64,000 bases of DNA. Source: Candidatus Krumholzibacteriia bacterium (GTDB lineage: Bacteria > Krumholzibacteriota > Krumholzibacteriia > JAJRXK01). Below are positions 28,573 to 39,232 of this stretch, one piece after another. The stretch is from NCBI GenBank assembly GCA_041484665.1, contig JBGPIA010000013.1, positions 1 through 64,000 of the forward strand, read 5' to 3'. The number at the start of each line of letters is the position of its first letter. Positions within the stretch are counted from its first letter, which is position 1. Under the pieces are notes generated by a model, which saw only the letters and a list, made by a program, of their open reading frames with translations, was not told the origin of the DNA and did no database searches. The translations under genes and the position numbers were made by a program.

Positions 28573-29170
28573 ATGGCATCGAACGCGGCATCGACATCGG
28601 ACACGCTGGCCTTCGTCACGGGGACGAGCTCTGGAATCGGGGCGCCGCGTCGGGCTCGTCAACAACGCGGCAAGTGCGGCGACGCTGGGCCCGCTGGAGA
28701 GCATCGCACCCGTGGAGCTGCTCCAGCTATATGCCGTGAACAGCGCGGCTCCGATCTGGCTGATGGGGTTTTTCGAGAGCAGGACTCGGCCGGACGCCGC
28801 GCTTCGCATCGTGAACATCTCCTCGGGCGCAGCAGTCCGTCCGTTTCCAGGTTTTGCGGGCTACGGCAGCAGCAAGGCCGCTCTCCGGATGGCCGGCATG
28901 GTACTGGCCGCCGAGTCCGAGTCGCCCGGGCGGCGCGCGCAGCGGCGCGGGGACCTGGCGATCCTGAGCTTCGAGCCGGGCGTCGTGGACACCGAGATGC
29001 AGATGACCGCTCGGTCGAAGTCCCCCGAGGAGTTCCCCTGGGTCGACACGTTCCGCGCGTTTGTGACACAGGGAGTCCTGGTGCAACCCGCAGCGGTTGC
29101 GGCGGAGATCGCGCAGTTCTTGGAGGCGGATGGTCAACAGCGATTCACCGAGCGCCGCTTCGGAGCCTGA
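28573..29170 (+). pseudogene. SDR oxidoreductase with internal deletion/frameshift
   Basis: VTGTSSGIG is in one frame, immediately followed by LVNNA...NISSG...YGSSK in another. The segment between them is missing. Confidence 0.75.
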
Positions 29171-29259
29171 GCGGCGCGCGGCGTCGGTGTTCCTGAGATC
29201 CTCTATCTGAGTGACGCGCACGCGGTCGCTGAGCAGGCTCACGAGGAGGTCGCACAACC

Positions 29260-30291
29260 ATGTCATCGTTTCTGCCCGCGCCCACACTCACCCTTGGCGA
29301 GCACGGACCAGCGATCACCCGGGTTGGCTTTGGCGCGTGGGCAATCGGAGGCGGCGGCTGGCTCTACGGCTGGGGTCCGCAAGACGACCGGGCCGCGATG
29401 AGGGCGATGCGCCATGCTGTCGATCGCGGCATCAACTGGATCGACACCGCCGCCGTGTACGGCCTGGGGCACTCCGAGGAGCTGGTCGGCCTATTGCTGC
29501 GCGAGCTGGCCAGCGGCCAACGTCCGTACGTCTTCACCAAGTGCGGGCTCGTGTGGGACGAGGCGGATCGCATGGTGGAGCCGCAGCGGAACCTGCGCCC
29601 GGCGTCGATCCGCCGCGAGCTGGAAGCTTCGCTCCGCCGGCTGGGAGTCGAGTGCATCGACCTCTACCAGTTCCACTGGCCCGATGACATCGGCACCGCG
29701 GTTGAGGACTCATGGGGCGAGCTGGTCCGTCTGGTGGACGAGGGAAAGGTGCGCTGGGCGGGCGTCTCGAACTTCGATGCCGCATTGCTTTCGCGCTGCG
29801 AGCGCATCCGGCACGTGGACTCGCTGCAGCCACCCTTCTCGCCGATCCGCCGCGAGGCCGCCCACGCCGAGCTCCCCTGGTGCGCGGATCACGGCACGGG
29901 CGTCATCGTCTACAGTCCGATGCAGTCGGGGCTCCTGACGGAGAAGTCGGCCGCCGACCGCCTGAGAGGCCTCGCGCCCGACGACTGGCGGCGGCGCTCG
30001 GCGGAGTTCCTACCGCCCAGGCTTGCGCGCAACCTCGAGCTGCGCGATGCGCTCGCAGCGGTCGCACGGCGCCATGCGGTGACGGTGGGGGCGGTCGCGG
30101 TCGCGTGGACGCTCGCCTGGCCCGGCATCACCGGCGCGATCGTGGGCGCGCGCTCACCCGAGCAGGTCGACGGATGGATCGCGGCGGCGACGCTTCAGCT
30201 GACCGGGGCCGACCTGGACGAGATCGCCCAAGCGATCGAGCGCACGGGGGCGGGCGCTGGACCGCGCCGCCCCGCCAACCACGGAATCTGA
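29260..30291 (+). CDS. Aldo/keto reductase
   Basis: GFGAWAIGG, IDTAAVYG, DLYQFHWP and GVSNF motifs. Confidence 0.93.
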   Translation: MSSFLPAPTLTLGEHGPAITRVGFGAWAIGGGGWLYGWGPQDDRAAMRAMRHAVDRGINWIDTAAVYGLGHSEELVGLLLRELASGQRPYVFTKCGLVWDEADRMVEPQRNLRPASIRRELEASLRRLGVECIDLYQFHWPDDIGTAVEDSWGELVRLVDEGKVRWAGVSNFDAALLSRCERIRHVDSLQPPFSPIRREAAHAELPWCADHGTGVIVYSPMQSGLLTEKSAADRLRGLAPDDWRRRSAEFLPPRLARNLELRDALAAVARRHAVTVGAVAVAWTLAWPGITGAIVGARSPEQVDGWIAAATLQLTGADLDEIAQAIERTGAGAGPRRPANHGI

Positions 30292-30329
30292 ACCCTCCGG
30301 CAACGCCCGGCTAGAACCGAGGACCTCCA

Positions 30330-31199
30330 ATGATCCGCATCTGTGTTGCCGGCGTGACCGGCTGGGTGGGGCAAAGCCTCGCGCCAGCGATCCTCGCCGC
30401 TCCCGACCTCGAGCTGGTGGGCGCCGTCTCGCGTGCCGCCAAGGGCAAGAGGTTGGGGGAGGTGTTGCATCACGCCAGCGTGGGCGCCGATAGCGTGAGC
30501 GCCGATCTGCAGACCGACTCGCCCCCGGATCGGCGCTCCGGTCTGTCGCTCCGCGTGAGCGGCACGGTCGAGGAGGCGCTCCGTGCGCAGACGGACGTGC
30601 TGATCGACTACACCGCTCCCAGCAGTGTCAAAGGGAACGTTCTCCACGCGTTGACTCGGAATGTCCATGTCGTGATCGGCACCTCGGGGCTGGCGGACGC
30701 CGACTACCAGGAGATCGACGCGGCGGCGCGGCGCAACGGGGTCGGCGTGCAGGCCGCAGGCAACTTCGCCATCGCGGCCGTACTGCTGCAGCACTTCGCG
30801 CTGATCGCCGCGAGGCACATGCCGAGCTGGGAAGTGATCGATTACGCCGCGGCCAACAAGCCCGACGCGCCGAGCGGCACCGCGCGCGAGCTCGTGCATC
30901 GGTTGGCCAAGGTGCGCTCCCCGCAGGTGGAGATCCCGATCGACGCAACCCAGGGTGCGCCCGAGGCTCGCGGCCTGACGCTCGACGGTACGCAGGTCCA
31001 TTCGATCCGTGTGCCAGGCCAGATCATCGGCCTCGAGGTGATCTTCGGCCAGCCGAGTCAGCGGCTGTCGCTTCGCTATGACGGCGGCAGCGGCGCCGAG
31101 CCTTATGTGGAGGGCACGTTGCTCGCGGCTCGCGGTGTGGGCAGTTTCGTGGGTCTGCGGCGGGGGCTCGATCAGCTCCTGGGTCTCGCGGCGCCGTGA
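30330..31199 (+). CDS. dapB: 4-hydroxy-tetrahydrodipicolinate reductase (DapB-like)
   Basis: AGVTGWVG, VIGTSG, AGNFA and KPDAPSGTA motifs. Confidence 0.8.
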   Translation: MIRICVAGVTGWVGQSLAPAILAAPDLELVGAVSRAAKGKRLGEVLHHASVGADSVSADLQTDSPPDRRSGLSLRVSGTVEEALRAQTDVLIDYTAPSSVKGNVLHALTRNVHVVIGTSGLADADYQEIDAAARRNGVGVQAAGNFAIAAVLLQHFALIAARHMPSWEVIDYAAANKPDAPSGTARELVHRLAKVRSPQVEIPIDATQGAPEARGLTLDGTQVHSIRVPGQIIGLEVIFGQPSQRLSLRYDGGSGAEPYVEGTLLAARGVGSFVGLRRGLDQLLGLAAP

Positions 31200-31349
31200 C
31201 TGCGGGCCAGGGCGCAGGAGGAAGGCTGGCTGAAGGCGTCGCCCAAGGCGCACCCGGTGCGGTCCGCCTCCCGTCGTATCGTGGCTATCCCACCCACCGC
31301 GCCGCGCCGCCGCCGTCCCCGCTCGTCGCGGGCGTTCGCTCCGCGCCCT

Positions 31350-32612
31350 TCACACGCTCCGTACCTTCCGGAGCCTTCGCCCCCCCGTGCCCTTCGTGCT
31401 CTCCTTGTCCTCCGCACCGTGCACGTCCTCCCGCATCATTCCGCGCAGCTCCGCGGCGATCCGGCGCACTGCCTCGCGGATCCGCTCCGGCGAAACGTTG
31501 GAGAAATTCAGCCGCGCGGTGTTGCGACGCTGCTCGTTGGGGAAGAACGACCCACCCGGCACGAATGCCACCTGGCGCGTCAGGCTTCGCCGCAACAGCT
31601 CGCGGGCGTCCACGCCGCCGGGCAGCTCGACCCACACGAACAGCCCGCCCCTCGGGCGAGTGAACCGCGTCCCCGCGGGCATTTCATCTTCGAGAGCGCG
31701 CAGCATGGCGTCGCGTCGCTCGCGGTAGGTGTCGCGGATGACGCGCAGATGCGGGTCCAGCGCGCCGCTCTCCAGCCAGCGCATCACCAGCATCTGTGTC
31801 AGGCTCGCGGTATGCAGGTCGGCAGACTGCTTCAGCAGGATGTAGCGGGAGAGCAGCGGTCGCTCCGCCGCCACCCAACCCACACGGATTCCCGGGCTGA
31901 GCACCTTGGAGAACGTGCCCAGACACACCACCGCACCACGGTCGTCGAAGGTCCGCAGCGACGGCACGACCTCCCCATCGAAGCTGACCTCCAGGTACGC
32001 ATCGTCTTCGATCACAGGCACTGGGTGGTCGGCCATCACCGCCATGAACTCGCGGCGCCGCTGCAGCGACCACGTGCGCCCCGATGGGTTCTGGCTGTAG
32101 GGGATCACGTAGACCAGTTTCGGGTGGTGCTGGGCGAGCGCGCGCTGGAGCGCCTCGATGTCCATGCCTTCGTCGTCGGTGGGGATCTCGACGAAGCGCG
32201 GGCGGCACACGCGGAACGAGCCCAACGCCGCCAGGTAGGTGGGGCTTTCGCAGAACACGACATCGCCCTCATCCAGGAACAGCTTGGCAGTGAGGTCGAG
32301 CCCCTGCTGCGAGCCGGTGGTCACCATGACCTCTTCATCGGTGAAGCGTGCGCCCCATACGCTGGTCATACGCTGCGCGACCCAGCGCCGCAGCGGCCGG
32401 AAGCCCTCGGTGGTCGCGTACTGCAGCGCGCGCGCACCGTCCTCACGCAGCAGATCGCGGGCGAGCTCGGCCAGCTTGGCCGCCGGGAACAGCTCGGGCG
32501 CGGGCAGGCCACCCGCCAGCGAGATGATCTCGGGATGTTCGGTCACCTTCAGCAGCTCGCGCACGTCGGACGCGGTGATGTCGTCCATGCGCCGAGCAAC
32601 GGGGAAATCCAT
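31350..32612 (-). CDS. PLP-dependent class I aminotransferase (LysN-like)
   Basis: ISLAGGLPAPELFP, QNPSG, EDDAY and GTFSKVLSPGIRVGW motifs. Confidence 0.9.
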   Translation of the reverse strand: MDFPVARRMDDITASDVRELLKVTEHPEIISLAGGLPAPELFPAAKLAELARDLLREDGARALQYATTEGFRPLRRWVAQRMTSVWGARFTDEEVMVTTGSQQGLDLTAKLFLDEGDVVFCESPTYLAALGSFRVCRPRFVEIPTDDEGMDIEALQRALAQHHPKLVYVIPYSQNPSGRTWSLQRRREFMAVMADHPVPVIEDDAYLEVSFDGEVVPSLRTFDDRGAVVCLGTFSKVLSPGIRVGWVAAERPLLSRYILLKQSADLHTASLTQMLVMRWLESGALDPHLRVIRDTYRERRDAMLRALEDEMPAGTRFTRPRGGLFVWVELPGGVDARELLRRSLTRQVAFVPGGSFFPNEQRRNTARLNFSNVSPERIREAVRRIAAELRGMMREDVHGAEDKESTKGTGGRRLRKVRSV

Positions 32613-32690
32613 GGTGCCACCTTCTTGCTGAGGGCCACCAACTGGGAGCCGATGGGGCAGCCGGCAGCCGCGATCCACACGGACGACACG

Positions 32691-32805
32691 ATTCACCCGA
32701 TCGAACGCAACCCATTCGCCCGATCGGGCGCCGCCCGTTCACCCGATCGAACGCCGCCCATTCACCCGATCCTGCGGTGCCCGTTCACACGATCGGGCGA
32801 AATCC
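32691..32805. repeat. Five tandem 23-bp repeats
   Basis: Consensus RTTCACCCGATCGNNCGCNRCCC. The last unit contains the stop codon of the MocR gene. Confidence 0.85.
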
Positions 32806-34515
32806 CTCGTTCGCGGCTCGCCGTGCGGATGGCTGCGCCGCCGCCGCCGCCATGGCGCGCGCCAGCCTCTTCACGCCCTCGCGCAGCCGCTCGGGCGTTG
32901 CGCCGCTGTGGTTGAGCCGGATGCAGTCCGCCCCATTCGCCCCGGTCGAGAACATCGTTCCCGGCAGGAACGTGACGTGCTCGCGCGCCGCCTCGGTCAT
33001 CAGGTGCGGCAGCGAGACCGCGGCGGGGAGCCGGCACCAAACGTAGAAGCCGCCGCGCGGTGTGCTCCACGACAGCCCCGGAACCGCCACCCGCTCGAGC
33101 GCCTGCAGCAGCACCTTGCGCCGGCGCGCGTACTCGCGGCGCGCGCGCTCGAGATGCCGCTCCAGCCTGCCCTCCGCGAGGAAGCGCGCGACCACCAGCT
33201 GCGCCCAGGTGCTGGTGTGCAGGTCCGCTGTCTGTTTCGCGTAGGCCAGGGGTCGCAGCGCCGTCTCGGGGCCCGCCAGCCATCCGACGCGCAGGCCCGG
33301 GAACAACATCTTCGAGCTGGTGGCCAGGTGCAGCACGCAGCCTGTGCGGTCCAGCGACAAGAGCGAGGGCAGCGGCTGTCCCTCGTAGCGCAGCTCCGAG
33401 TAGGCGTCCTCCTCGAGCACGGGGACCTGGTAGCGCCGGGCGAGCTCGAGCAGCCGCTCGCGGCGGGCGAGGCTCATCTCGCTGCCGGTGGGATTCTGGA
33501 AGGTCGGGACGGTATAGATGAGTTTAGGACGCCGGCGAGCGAGCGCCCGCTCGAGGGCGTCCATGTTCATCCCTTCGCGATCGACGGGCAGCCCCACGAT
33601 GCGCACGCCCGCGCGGCGGAAGGTCAGGATGGCGCCCAGGTAACCCGGATCCTCCATCACCACGATGTCGTCGGGCGCGAGGAACACGCGGCTGACCAGA
33701 TCGAGCCCCTGCTGCGACCCGGTCGTCACCATCACCTGCGCAGGCGTGCAGCGCGCCCCGCGCGCGGCCAGCCAATCGCACACCGCATGGCGCAGGGTGG
33801 GCGTCCCCTCGGTTGGGCTGTGCAGCATGGCGTCGGGACCATCCTCGTCGAGGATGCGCTGCTGCACCTCGCGCAGGTCATCCAGCGGGAGCAGCTCGCG
33901 GCCGGGCAGTCCCAGCCCCAGCGAGATCACTCCAGGGCGCTCCACATCGAGCAGGTCGCGGAGCAGCGGATCGTCCATCGCCGGCCCGCTGCGGGCGATC
34001 GGCTCCCAGGAGAACACGGGGCCGCTGGGGCGGCCGAAGCCGCCGAGGCTACCGGGGGTGCCAAGGCTACCGGGAGTGCCAGGGCTGCCGGGGCCGCCGG
34101 GCCTACCGGGGCGGCCAGTCCCGCGCGTCCCGCCCGTTCCGCCGGGGAGGCGAGCTCCAGCTGCCTGGCCGCTTCGGCCCGCAATCTCCGCAAGCCCCGC
34201 CGTAGGTTCTCCGGCGAATCCGCCGTCGAACCCCGCTGCCAGCCGCTCGTCGGCGGCGACCACTTCGGTCCCGCGACCCACGTGGCCCGAAATCAAGCCG
34301 TAGGCCTTCAGGTCCCGGTAGGCAGCCAGCACGGTGCTGCGGTTGACGCCCAGCGCGCGCGCGAGGGTGCGCTCGGGTGGCAGGCGGAATCCCGCCGGCA
34401 GCTGGCCCGAGGCGATGGCGCCCTCGATCTGGCGGCGGATCTGCTGGTAGATGGGTTCGGGCTGCGTCCGGTCGAGGCGCAGGCCCAGGTCGGGGAAATG
34501 CTGTCGGATTGCCAC
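32785..34515 (-). CDS. MocR/GabR family regulator (GntR HTH plus aminotransferase domain)
   Basis: LPPERTLARALGVNRSTVLAAY HTH, Gly/Pro-rich linker, FQNPTG and SKMLFPGLRVGW. Confidence 0.92.
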   Translation of the reverse strand: MAIRQHFPDLGLRLDRTQPEPIYQQIRRQIEGAIASGQLPAGFRLPPERTLARALGVNRSTVLAAYRDLKAYGLISGHVGRGTEVVAADERLAAGFDGGFAGEPTAGLAEIAGRSGQAAGARLPGGTGGTRGTGRPGRPGGPGSPGTPGSLGTPGSLGGFGRPSGPVFSWEPIARSGPAMDDPLLRDLLDVERPGVISLGLGLPGRELLPLDDLREVQQRILDEDGPDAMLHSPTEGTPTLRHAVCDWLAARGARCTPAQVMVTTGSQQGLDLVSRVFLAPDDIVVMEDPGYLGAILTFRRAGVRIVGLPVDREGMNMDALERALARRRPKLIYTVPTFQNPTGSEMSLARRERLLELARRYQVPVLEEDAYSELRYEGQPLPSLLSLDRTGCVLHLATSSKMLFPGLRVGWLAGPETALRPLAYAKQTADLHTSTWAQLVVARFLAEGRLERHLERARREYARRRKVLLQALERVAVPGLSWSTPRGGFYVWCRLPAAVSLPHLMTEAAREHVTFLPGTMFSTGANGADCIRLNHSGATPERLREGVKRLARAMAAAAAQPSARRAANEGFRPIV

Positions 34516-34933
34516 CCAATCACCTCATTGGATCGGTCCGTAAAGAGCATAATGCAGGGCTTCGGGCCTGCAAACCACCAATTGGAGGGCATTCGACCCA
34601 GCCAATCGTGGCGCGCGGCGGCGGCGGCGTGCGGCGATGCCCGGCCGTGCGCGGCAGCGTGCGACGACGCGCGGCGGGGCGCAGCGATGGCCGGCGGCGC
34701 CGGCTCAGGCCATGTCGGCAGAGGAGGTCTCGGGTGATAGACTGCGCGGCGCTTTGGCGGACGCGGCCAGCTGTTAAGCGGCTTCCCGATGGCGCGGCTC
34801 ATCGCTATCAGTCTTCGCCACGTGATGTCGCTCCAGACTGGTGTCGATCCACCTTACAGGAGGTCGGAACACCGACCGACCGGCCAGCCGTGCCGAATCA
34901 CGTTGAAGACAAGGGGAGGCGAAGGAGGCGAAC

Positions 34934-35914
34934 GTGTCGAGAGAGACCATGGCGACCGTACTGGCTGTGCTGGTGGGGCCGATGCTGGTTGCCTGCGCGT
35001 CCCCGGTGCCGCGTGAGCAGCAGGCTGCGGCGACCAAGCGGGCGCCCAAGGAGGAGCAAGCGATGACGATCAAGCCAAGCAAGTCCGGCTATGCCAATGT
35101 GAACGGCGTCAGGCTCTATCACGAGGTCTACGGGGCGGGAGAACCACTCGTCCTGCTGCACGGCGGCCTGATGACGATCCCCGAGATGGCGCCGCTGGTC
35201 CAAGCGCTGGCGGTCGAACGGCAGGTGATCGCGATCGAACTGCAGGGCCATGGACGCACCGCCGATACGGACAGGCCGCTGCGGCTGAAGACGATGGGCG
35301 ACGACGTCGCCACGCTGATCGAACACCTCGGCCTCAGGAAGGCGGATGTCGTCGGCTATTCGCTGGGCGCCGACGTGGCCATGCGCACGGCGATCCAGCA
35401 CCCCGACCGCGTGCGCCGCCTGGTTGTGCTGTCGACACCCTATGCGCGCTCCGGCTGGTATCCCGACGTGCTGGAAGGGATGGCGCAGGTCAATGCGAAG
35501 ATGGCCGAGCAGATGAAGGAAACGCCGACAGGCGTCGCGGCGCGGGACTGGCCGCAGCCGGAACGCTTCCCCCAATTCCTCGACAAGCTCGGCGCGATGA
35601 TGGCAGAGGACTATGACTGGTCAGCCGAAGTCCGGCGGTTGCAAATGCCGGTGATGCTGGTCTATGCCGACCACGACGCCATTTCGACGCGGCACATGGC
35701 TGAGTTTTTCGCCCTGCTGGGCGGCGGCCTCAAGGATCCGGGCTGGCAGTACACGCAGCTCACCAATGCGCGGCTGGCGATCATACCTGGCTACAGCCAC
35801 TACAACTTCTACACCGCGCCGGAGCTCGGCTCGATCATCGAGAAGTTCCTCGCCGATCCGCTGACGAAACCGCAGGGGGGCGAGGCGGCCGCCGCGTCGA
35901 AGGCTACGCAATGA
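34934..35914 (+). CDS. Alpha/beta hydrolase (possible lipoprotein; alternative start 35063)
   Basis: LLHGG, GYSLG nucleophile and YSHY motifs. Confidence 0.9.
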   Translation: MSRETMATVLAVLVGPMLVACASPVPREQQAAATKRAPKEEQAMTIKPSKSGYANVNGVRLYHEVYGAGEPLVLLHGGLMTIPEMAPLVQALAVERQVIAIELQGHGRTADTDRPLRLKTMGDDVATLIEHLGLRKADVVGYSLGADVAMRTAIQHPDRVRRLVVLSTPYARSGWYPDVLEGMAQVNAKMAEQMKETPTGVAARDWPQPERFPQFLDKLGAMMAEDYDWSAEVRRLQMPVMLVYADHDAISTRHMAEFFALLGGGLKDPGWQYTQLTNARLAIIPGYSHYNFYTAPELGSIIEKFLADPLTKPQGGEAAAASKATQ

Positions 35915-37056
35915 TCGCTCTGGGGATCCGACATCCTCGCTCGGCGCGCGCCGGCGGGCCGCCATGGGAACGCGGCGCGTCTTTCCTGACCTGGCTGTTC
36001 TTGCTGTTCTTGGGCGCGCTCGCCGCATGCGGGGACGGCGCAGCGCAATCCCATGGCGGGGGAGCGTTCCAGCCAACCGACGCACTCCTGCTGTCCACGA
36101 ACAGCCCGACCAAGGACGAGGATCCCAGCGTCCTCCGTGCCCGCGACGGAACGCTGTTCGTGGCTTGGTTCTCCGACCGGGGCGGGAATTCCGACATCTA
36201 CATCACCAGCACGAGCAATGGCCGGGACTGGAGTCCCCTAGGGCCCCCGGTCACCGCCAGCAGCGCCGGGGACTTCTACCCCACTCTCTTCCAGGATGAG
36301 CAGGGGACCTTCCACCTCACATGGTTTCGTTGGACGGCGCCGTTTCTGGGGCACATCTGGTACAACACTTCAACGGACGGCCTGACCTGGAATCCCGCTT
36401 CCGAGGTCCAGGTCACCACCGACGCGGGTGTGGATGACTGGGTACCGAGCATCACCCAAGCGGCTGATGGAACGCTGCTCATCTACTTCGTCAGCCGCCT
36501 GCGCAGGGCGCTGAGTCCGACCAACGACATCTACGTCGCGACCAAGCGACCCGCGCAGACCACCTGGGATCCCCCCGTGCCGGTGGCGGGCATCAACAGC
36601 GCCACCGAGCACGATCATCTCCCCTTCGCGGCCCGCACGGGGGCCACCATCACGCTCGTCTGGGACCGGTACGACACGACGAAGGTCATCCCGTGGGAAA
36701 ACCCGAAGTCCGACTTGTGGTACGCGACCTCTTCCAACGGCCTGAGCTGGTCGCCCCCGGCCAAGATCACCAACGACGTGGGCAACGTGGTGCACTTGTA
36801 TCCTGGGCTCTTTCCGAGTCTCACTGGAGAGTGGTCGCTGGTCTGGCTGTCCACCAAGCTCGGTCCGCCGTTGGTGTTCGAGCTTCCGCTCGCCAACGCC
36901 GGGATGTATCCGCTGGGGCTCACGCAGAACACGCTGCTGCCCGCGGGCTACTCCCATCGCATCGCTGCGACGTCGAGTCCGGGGGTCTACCTCGGCGTCT
37001 GGGTCCAGGGGCCAGACGGCGCGCAGGATATCTACTATCGCTTTTTCGAGAAGTAG
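35911..37056 (+). CDS. BNR/sialidase-like beta-propeller lipoprotein
   Basis: Lipobox LAAC and Asp-box repeats SxNGxxW/STDGLTW. Confidence 0.75.
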   Translation: MIALGIRHPRSARAGGPPWERGASFLTWLFLLFLGALAACGDGAAQSHGGGAFQPTDALLLSTNSPTKDEDPSVLRARDGTLFVAWFSDRGGNSDIYITSTSNGRDWSPLGPPVTASSAGDFYPTLFQDEQGTFHLTWFRWTAPFLGHIWYNTSTDGLTWNPASEVQVTTDAGVDDWVPSITQAADGTLLIYFVSRLRRALSPTNDIYVATKRPAQTTWDPPVPVAGINSATEHDHLPFAARTGATITLVWDRYDTTKVIPWENPKSDLWYATSSNGLSWSPPAKITNDVGNVVHLYPGLFPSLTGEWSLVWLSTKLGPPLVFELPLANAGMYPLGLTQNTLLPAGYSHRIAATSSPGVYLGVWVQGPDGAQDIYYRFFEK

Positions 37057-37183
37057 GGGTTCCGCGCGTCTTCGAGCAGTCGGGTTCCCGCGCGTGTTCG
37101 AGCCGTCGGTATCGCGCGCGCGCGCAGATCCGCGTCGGGTCGGTGTTGGACGCGATTCTCCGGAAGCGCGATGAGCCGACACG

Positions 37184-37255
37184 CTACCAGGAGCACCACG
37201 CAAAACGCCACCGAACGGCCTACTTGGAGCGTCACCCAAAACGCCACCGAACGGG
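37184..37255. repeat. 36-bp tandem duplication upstream of rubrerythrin
   Basis: CAAAACGCCACCGAACGG occurs at 37201 and 37237. Confidence 0.75.
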
Positions 37256-37348
37256 CTCCCCAACGAGCGCTTGCAGCAGCTGGGCCGGCTGACCATGTTT
37301 CGCCAGGCAGCGCGCGCTCTCGACCGGGCCTTCACCAGGAGGACGACC

Positions 37349-37846
37349 ATGCCGGGGACCGAGGAAAATCTCAAAGAGGCGTTCGCCGGCGAGAGCCAGG
37401 CGAATCAGAAGTACCGCGCGTTCGCCAAACGGGCGGAGCAGGAGGGCTTTCCCAACGTCGCCCGCTTGTTCCGCACGACGGCGGAGGCCGAACGGATCCA
37501 CGCCGAGGGGCATCTGGGTGCCCTGGCGGGCGTCGGCTCGACCGCCGACAACCTCCAGGCCGCCGTCGCGGGCGAGACCTACGAATTCACCGAGATGTAT
37601 CCGCCGATGCTCGCCCAGGCCGAAGCGGACGGGCACAAGGCGAAGCGCATGTTCGGGTACGCCGTCCAGGCCGAACAGGTCCATGCGAAGCTCTACCAGC
37701 TCGCCCTGGAAGCCGTGCGCCGCGGTCAAGACCTGACCGAGGTGTCGTTCTACCTGTGTCCCGTCTGCGGCCACATCGAGCTCGGCGGCGCTCCCGATTC
37801 GTGCCCCATCTGCGGGACGAAGGGCTCGAAGTACGTCCAGATCTAG
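37349..37846 (+). CDS. rbr: Rubrerythrin
   Basis: AFAGESQA, ExxH di-iron motifs and a C-terminal CPVCG...CPICG rubredoxin knuckle. Confidence 0.93.
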   Translation: MPGTEENLKEAFAGESQANQKYRAFAKRAEQEGFPNVARLFRTTAEAERIHAEGHLGALAGVGSTADNLQAAVAGETYEFTEMYPPMLAQAEADGHKAKRMFGYAVQAEQVHAKLYQLALEAVRRGQDLTEVSFYLCPVCGHIELGGAPDSCPICGTKGSKYVQI

Positions 37847-37975
37847 CGGCCGGCGGCCTCACCGATGTGGCCACACCTGTGGCCTCACCCCTTGCCCGTG
37901 GCGCGGCCGGCGGTGTAGCCTGATCGTCCCCCGGCTCAAGAAGCGGATCCGGCGGCTCGAGAACCGGATCCACGG

Positions 37976-38095
37976 ATGACCACGCGCGCGACAGGCACGC
38001 TCGAGATCAAGACCCGTGTCACTCGCCCTACGATCGGGTCGACTCGAGGGCGAAGCTCACCCGCGCCAGCGTGCCCAAGTCATTGGCCGAAAGCG
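37976..38095 (+). pseudogene. DUF3224-like remnant
   Basis: MTTRATGTLEIK is followed, in a shifted frame, by PYD...KLTRASV. Confidence 0.45.
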
Positions 38096-38132
38096 ACGCG
38101 GCCAACACCGGACCCCCTTGTCGGAGCCGATC

Positions 38133-38654
38133 ATGGCAGTGGTGCGGGAAAGCACGTGTCCGGGGTGCGGACTGCGGATGCCGGTCAGCGATCGGACGAT
38201 CTATGAGGGGTATTACAACGCCTCACCGGAATGCTGGGGCGTCTACACCGAGGTGCTTGGAGCCGAGTTCGGCAACGCCGTGCTGTTCGGGCAGGTCCAT
38301 CAGCTGACCGTGGACGCCTACGCGGCGCAGCATCCGGGGGGGATACATCCAGACAAGTCGGTGGCTGTCCATCTCACCGGACTGCATCTCGTCCTGGATC
38401 GAGGCGTGGCTCCCACCAGCGTGGCAAGGCAGCTCCAGAGTCTCGCCCTGACGATTCGAGAGTGGCCCCACTTCACACCTCCTGCTGATCGCGGGCGGCT
38501 GACGGTGTGCGACGTTGCCCTCTCCGACGATGCGGATGGGCACATCAAGAGCGTGCGGGAGTGGGCGGGGCTGGTCTGGCGAGCGTGGGGGCAGCACCAC
38601 GGCGCGGTGGCAGCCCTCGTCACGCAACATCTCAGTCTCGAGAGAACCCCATGA
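38133..38654 (+). CDS. DUF5946-like protein
   Basis: CPGCG, ASPECW and HQLTVDAYAAQHPG motifs. Confidence 0.75.
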   Translation: MAVVRESTCPGCGLRMPVSDRTIYEGYYNASPECWGVYTEVLGAEFGNAVLFGQVHQLTVDAYAAQHPGGIHPDKSVAVHLTGLHLVLDRGVAPTSVARQLQSLALTIREWPHFTPPADRGRLTVCDVALSDDADGHIKSVREWAGLVWRAWGQHHGAVAALVTQHLSLERTP

Positions 38655-39220
38655 CCCTGGCGGCGGCAGTCCGGCTCGGGAGCCTCCTGTGGCCAGCTTC
38701 AGAGCTTGTCCTGATCGCCGCTACGCGCAAGCGGCTGCGTGGCGCCTCCGGGCGCGACCGGGGCTCGCTTGCCATCTTGTGGATCGCGATCACGATCGCC
38801 ATCACGGCGGGCATCGGCTTGCATCGGGTCGCGGCCGCGCGGATCCCGATTCCCGGGCCCTGGCTGCAGATCGGCGGTCTGGTCCTGCTGCTCGGGGGGC
38901 TCGCCATCCGATGGGCGGCGATCCTCACACTGGGCCGCTTCTTCACGACCAGTGTGGCGATCCATCAAGATCACCAGCTCGTGCGGACGGGTCTCTTCCG
39001 TTACGTGCGTCACCCGTCCTACAGCGGCGCCCTGCTGGCTTTCTTCGGATTGGCGATCACGTACGGGAACTGGCTCAGCCTCGCGGCCATCTTCGTGCCG
39101 ACGCTGCTGGCATTCCTCTACCGCATCCATGTGGAGGAGTCCTCGCTGGTGGAGGCGCTGGGCGCGGACTACGTCGACTACCAGCGAACGACCCGGCGGC
39201 TCATCCCCGGCGTCCTGTAA
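38651..39220 (+). CDS. Isoprenylcysteine carboxylmethyltransferase family membrane protein
   Basis: HQLVRTGLFRYVRHPSYSG and RIHVEE motifs. Confidence 0.88.
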   Translation: MTLAAAVRLGSLLWPASELVLIAATRKRLRGASGRDRGSLAILWIAITIAITAGIGLHRVAAARIPIPGPWLQIGGLVLLLGGLAIRWAAILTLGRFFTTSVAIHQDHQLVRTGLFRYVRHPSYSGALLAFFGLAITYGNWLSLAAIFVPTLLAFLYRIHVEESSLVEALGADYVDYQRTTRRLIPGVL

Positions 39221-39232
39221 TCGAGGTCTTGA

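Noticed and set aside
32691..32805. CRISPR or iteron array
   Set aside because: The units are head-to-tail with no spacers and derive from the MocR stop-codon region.
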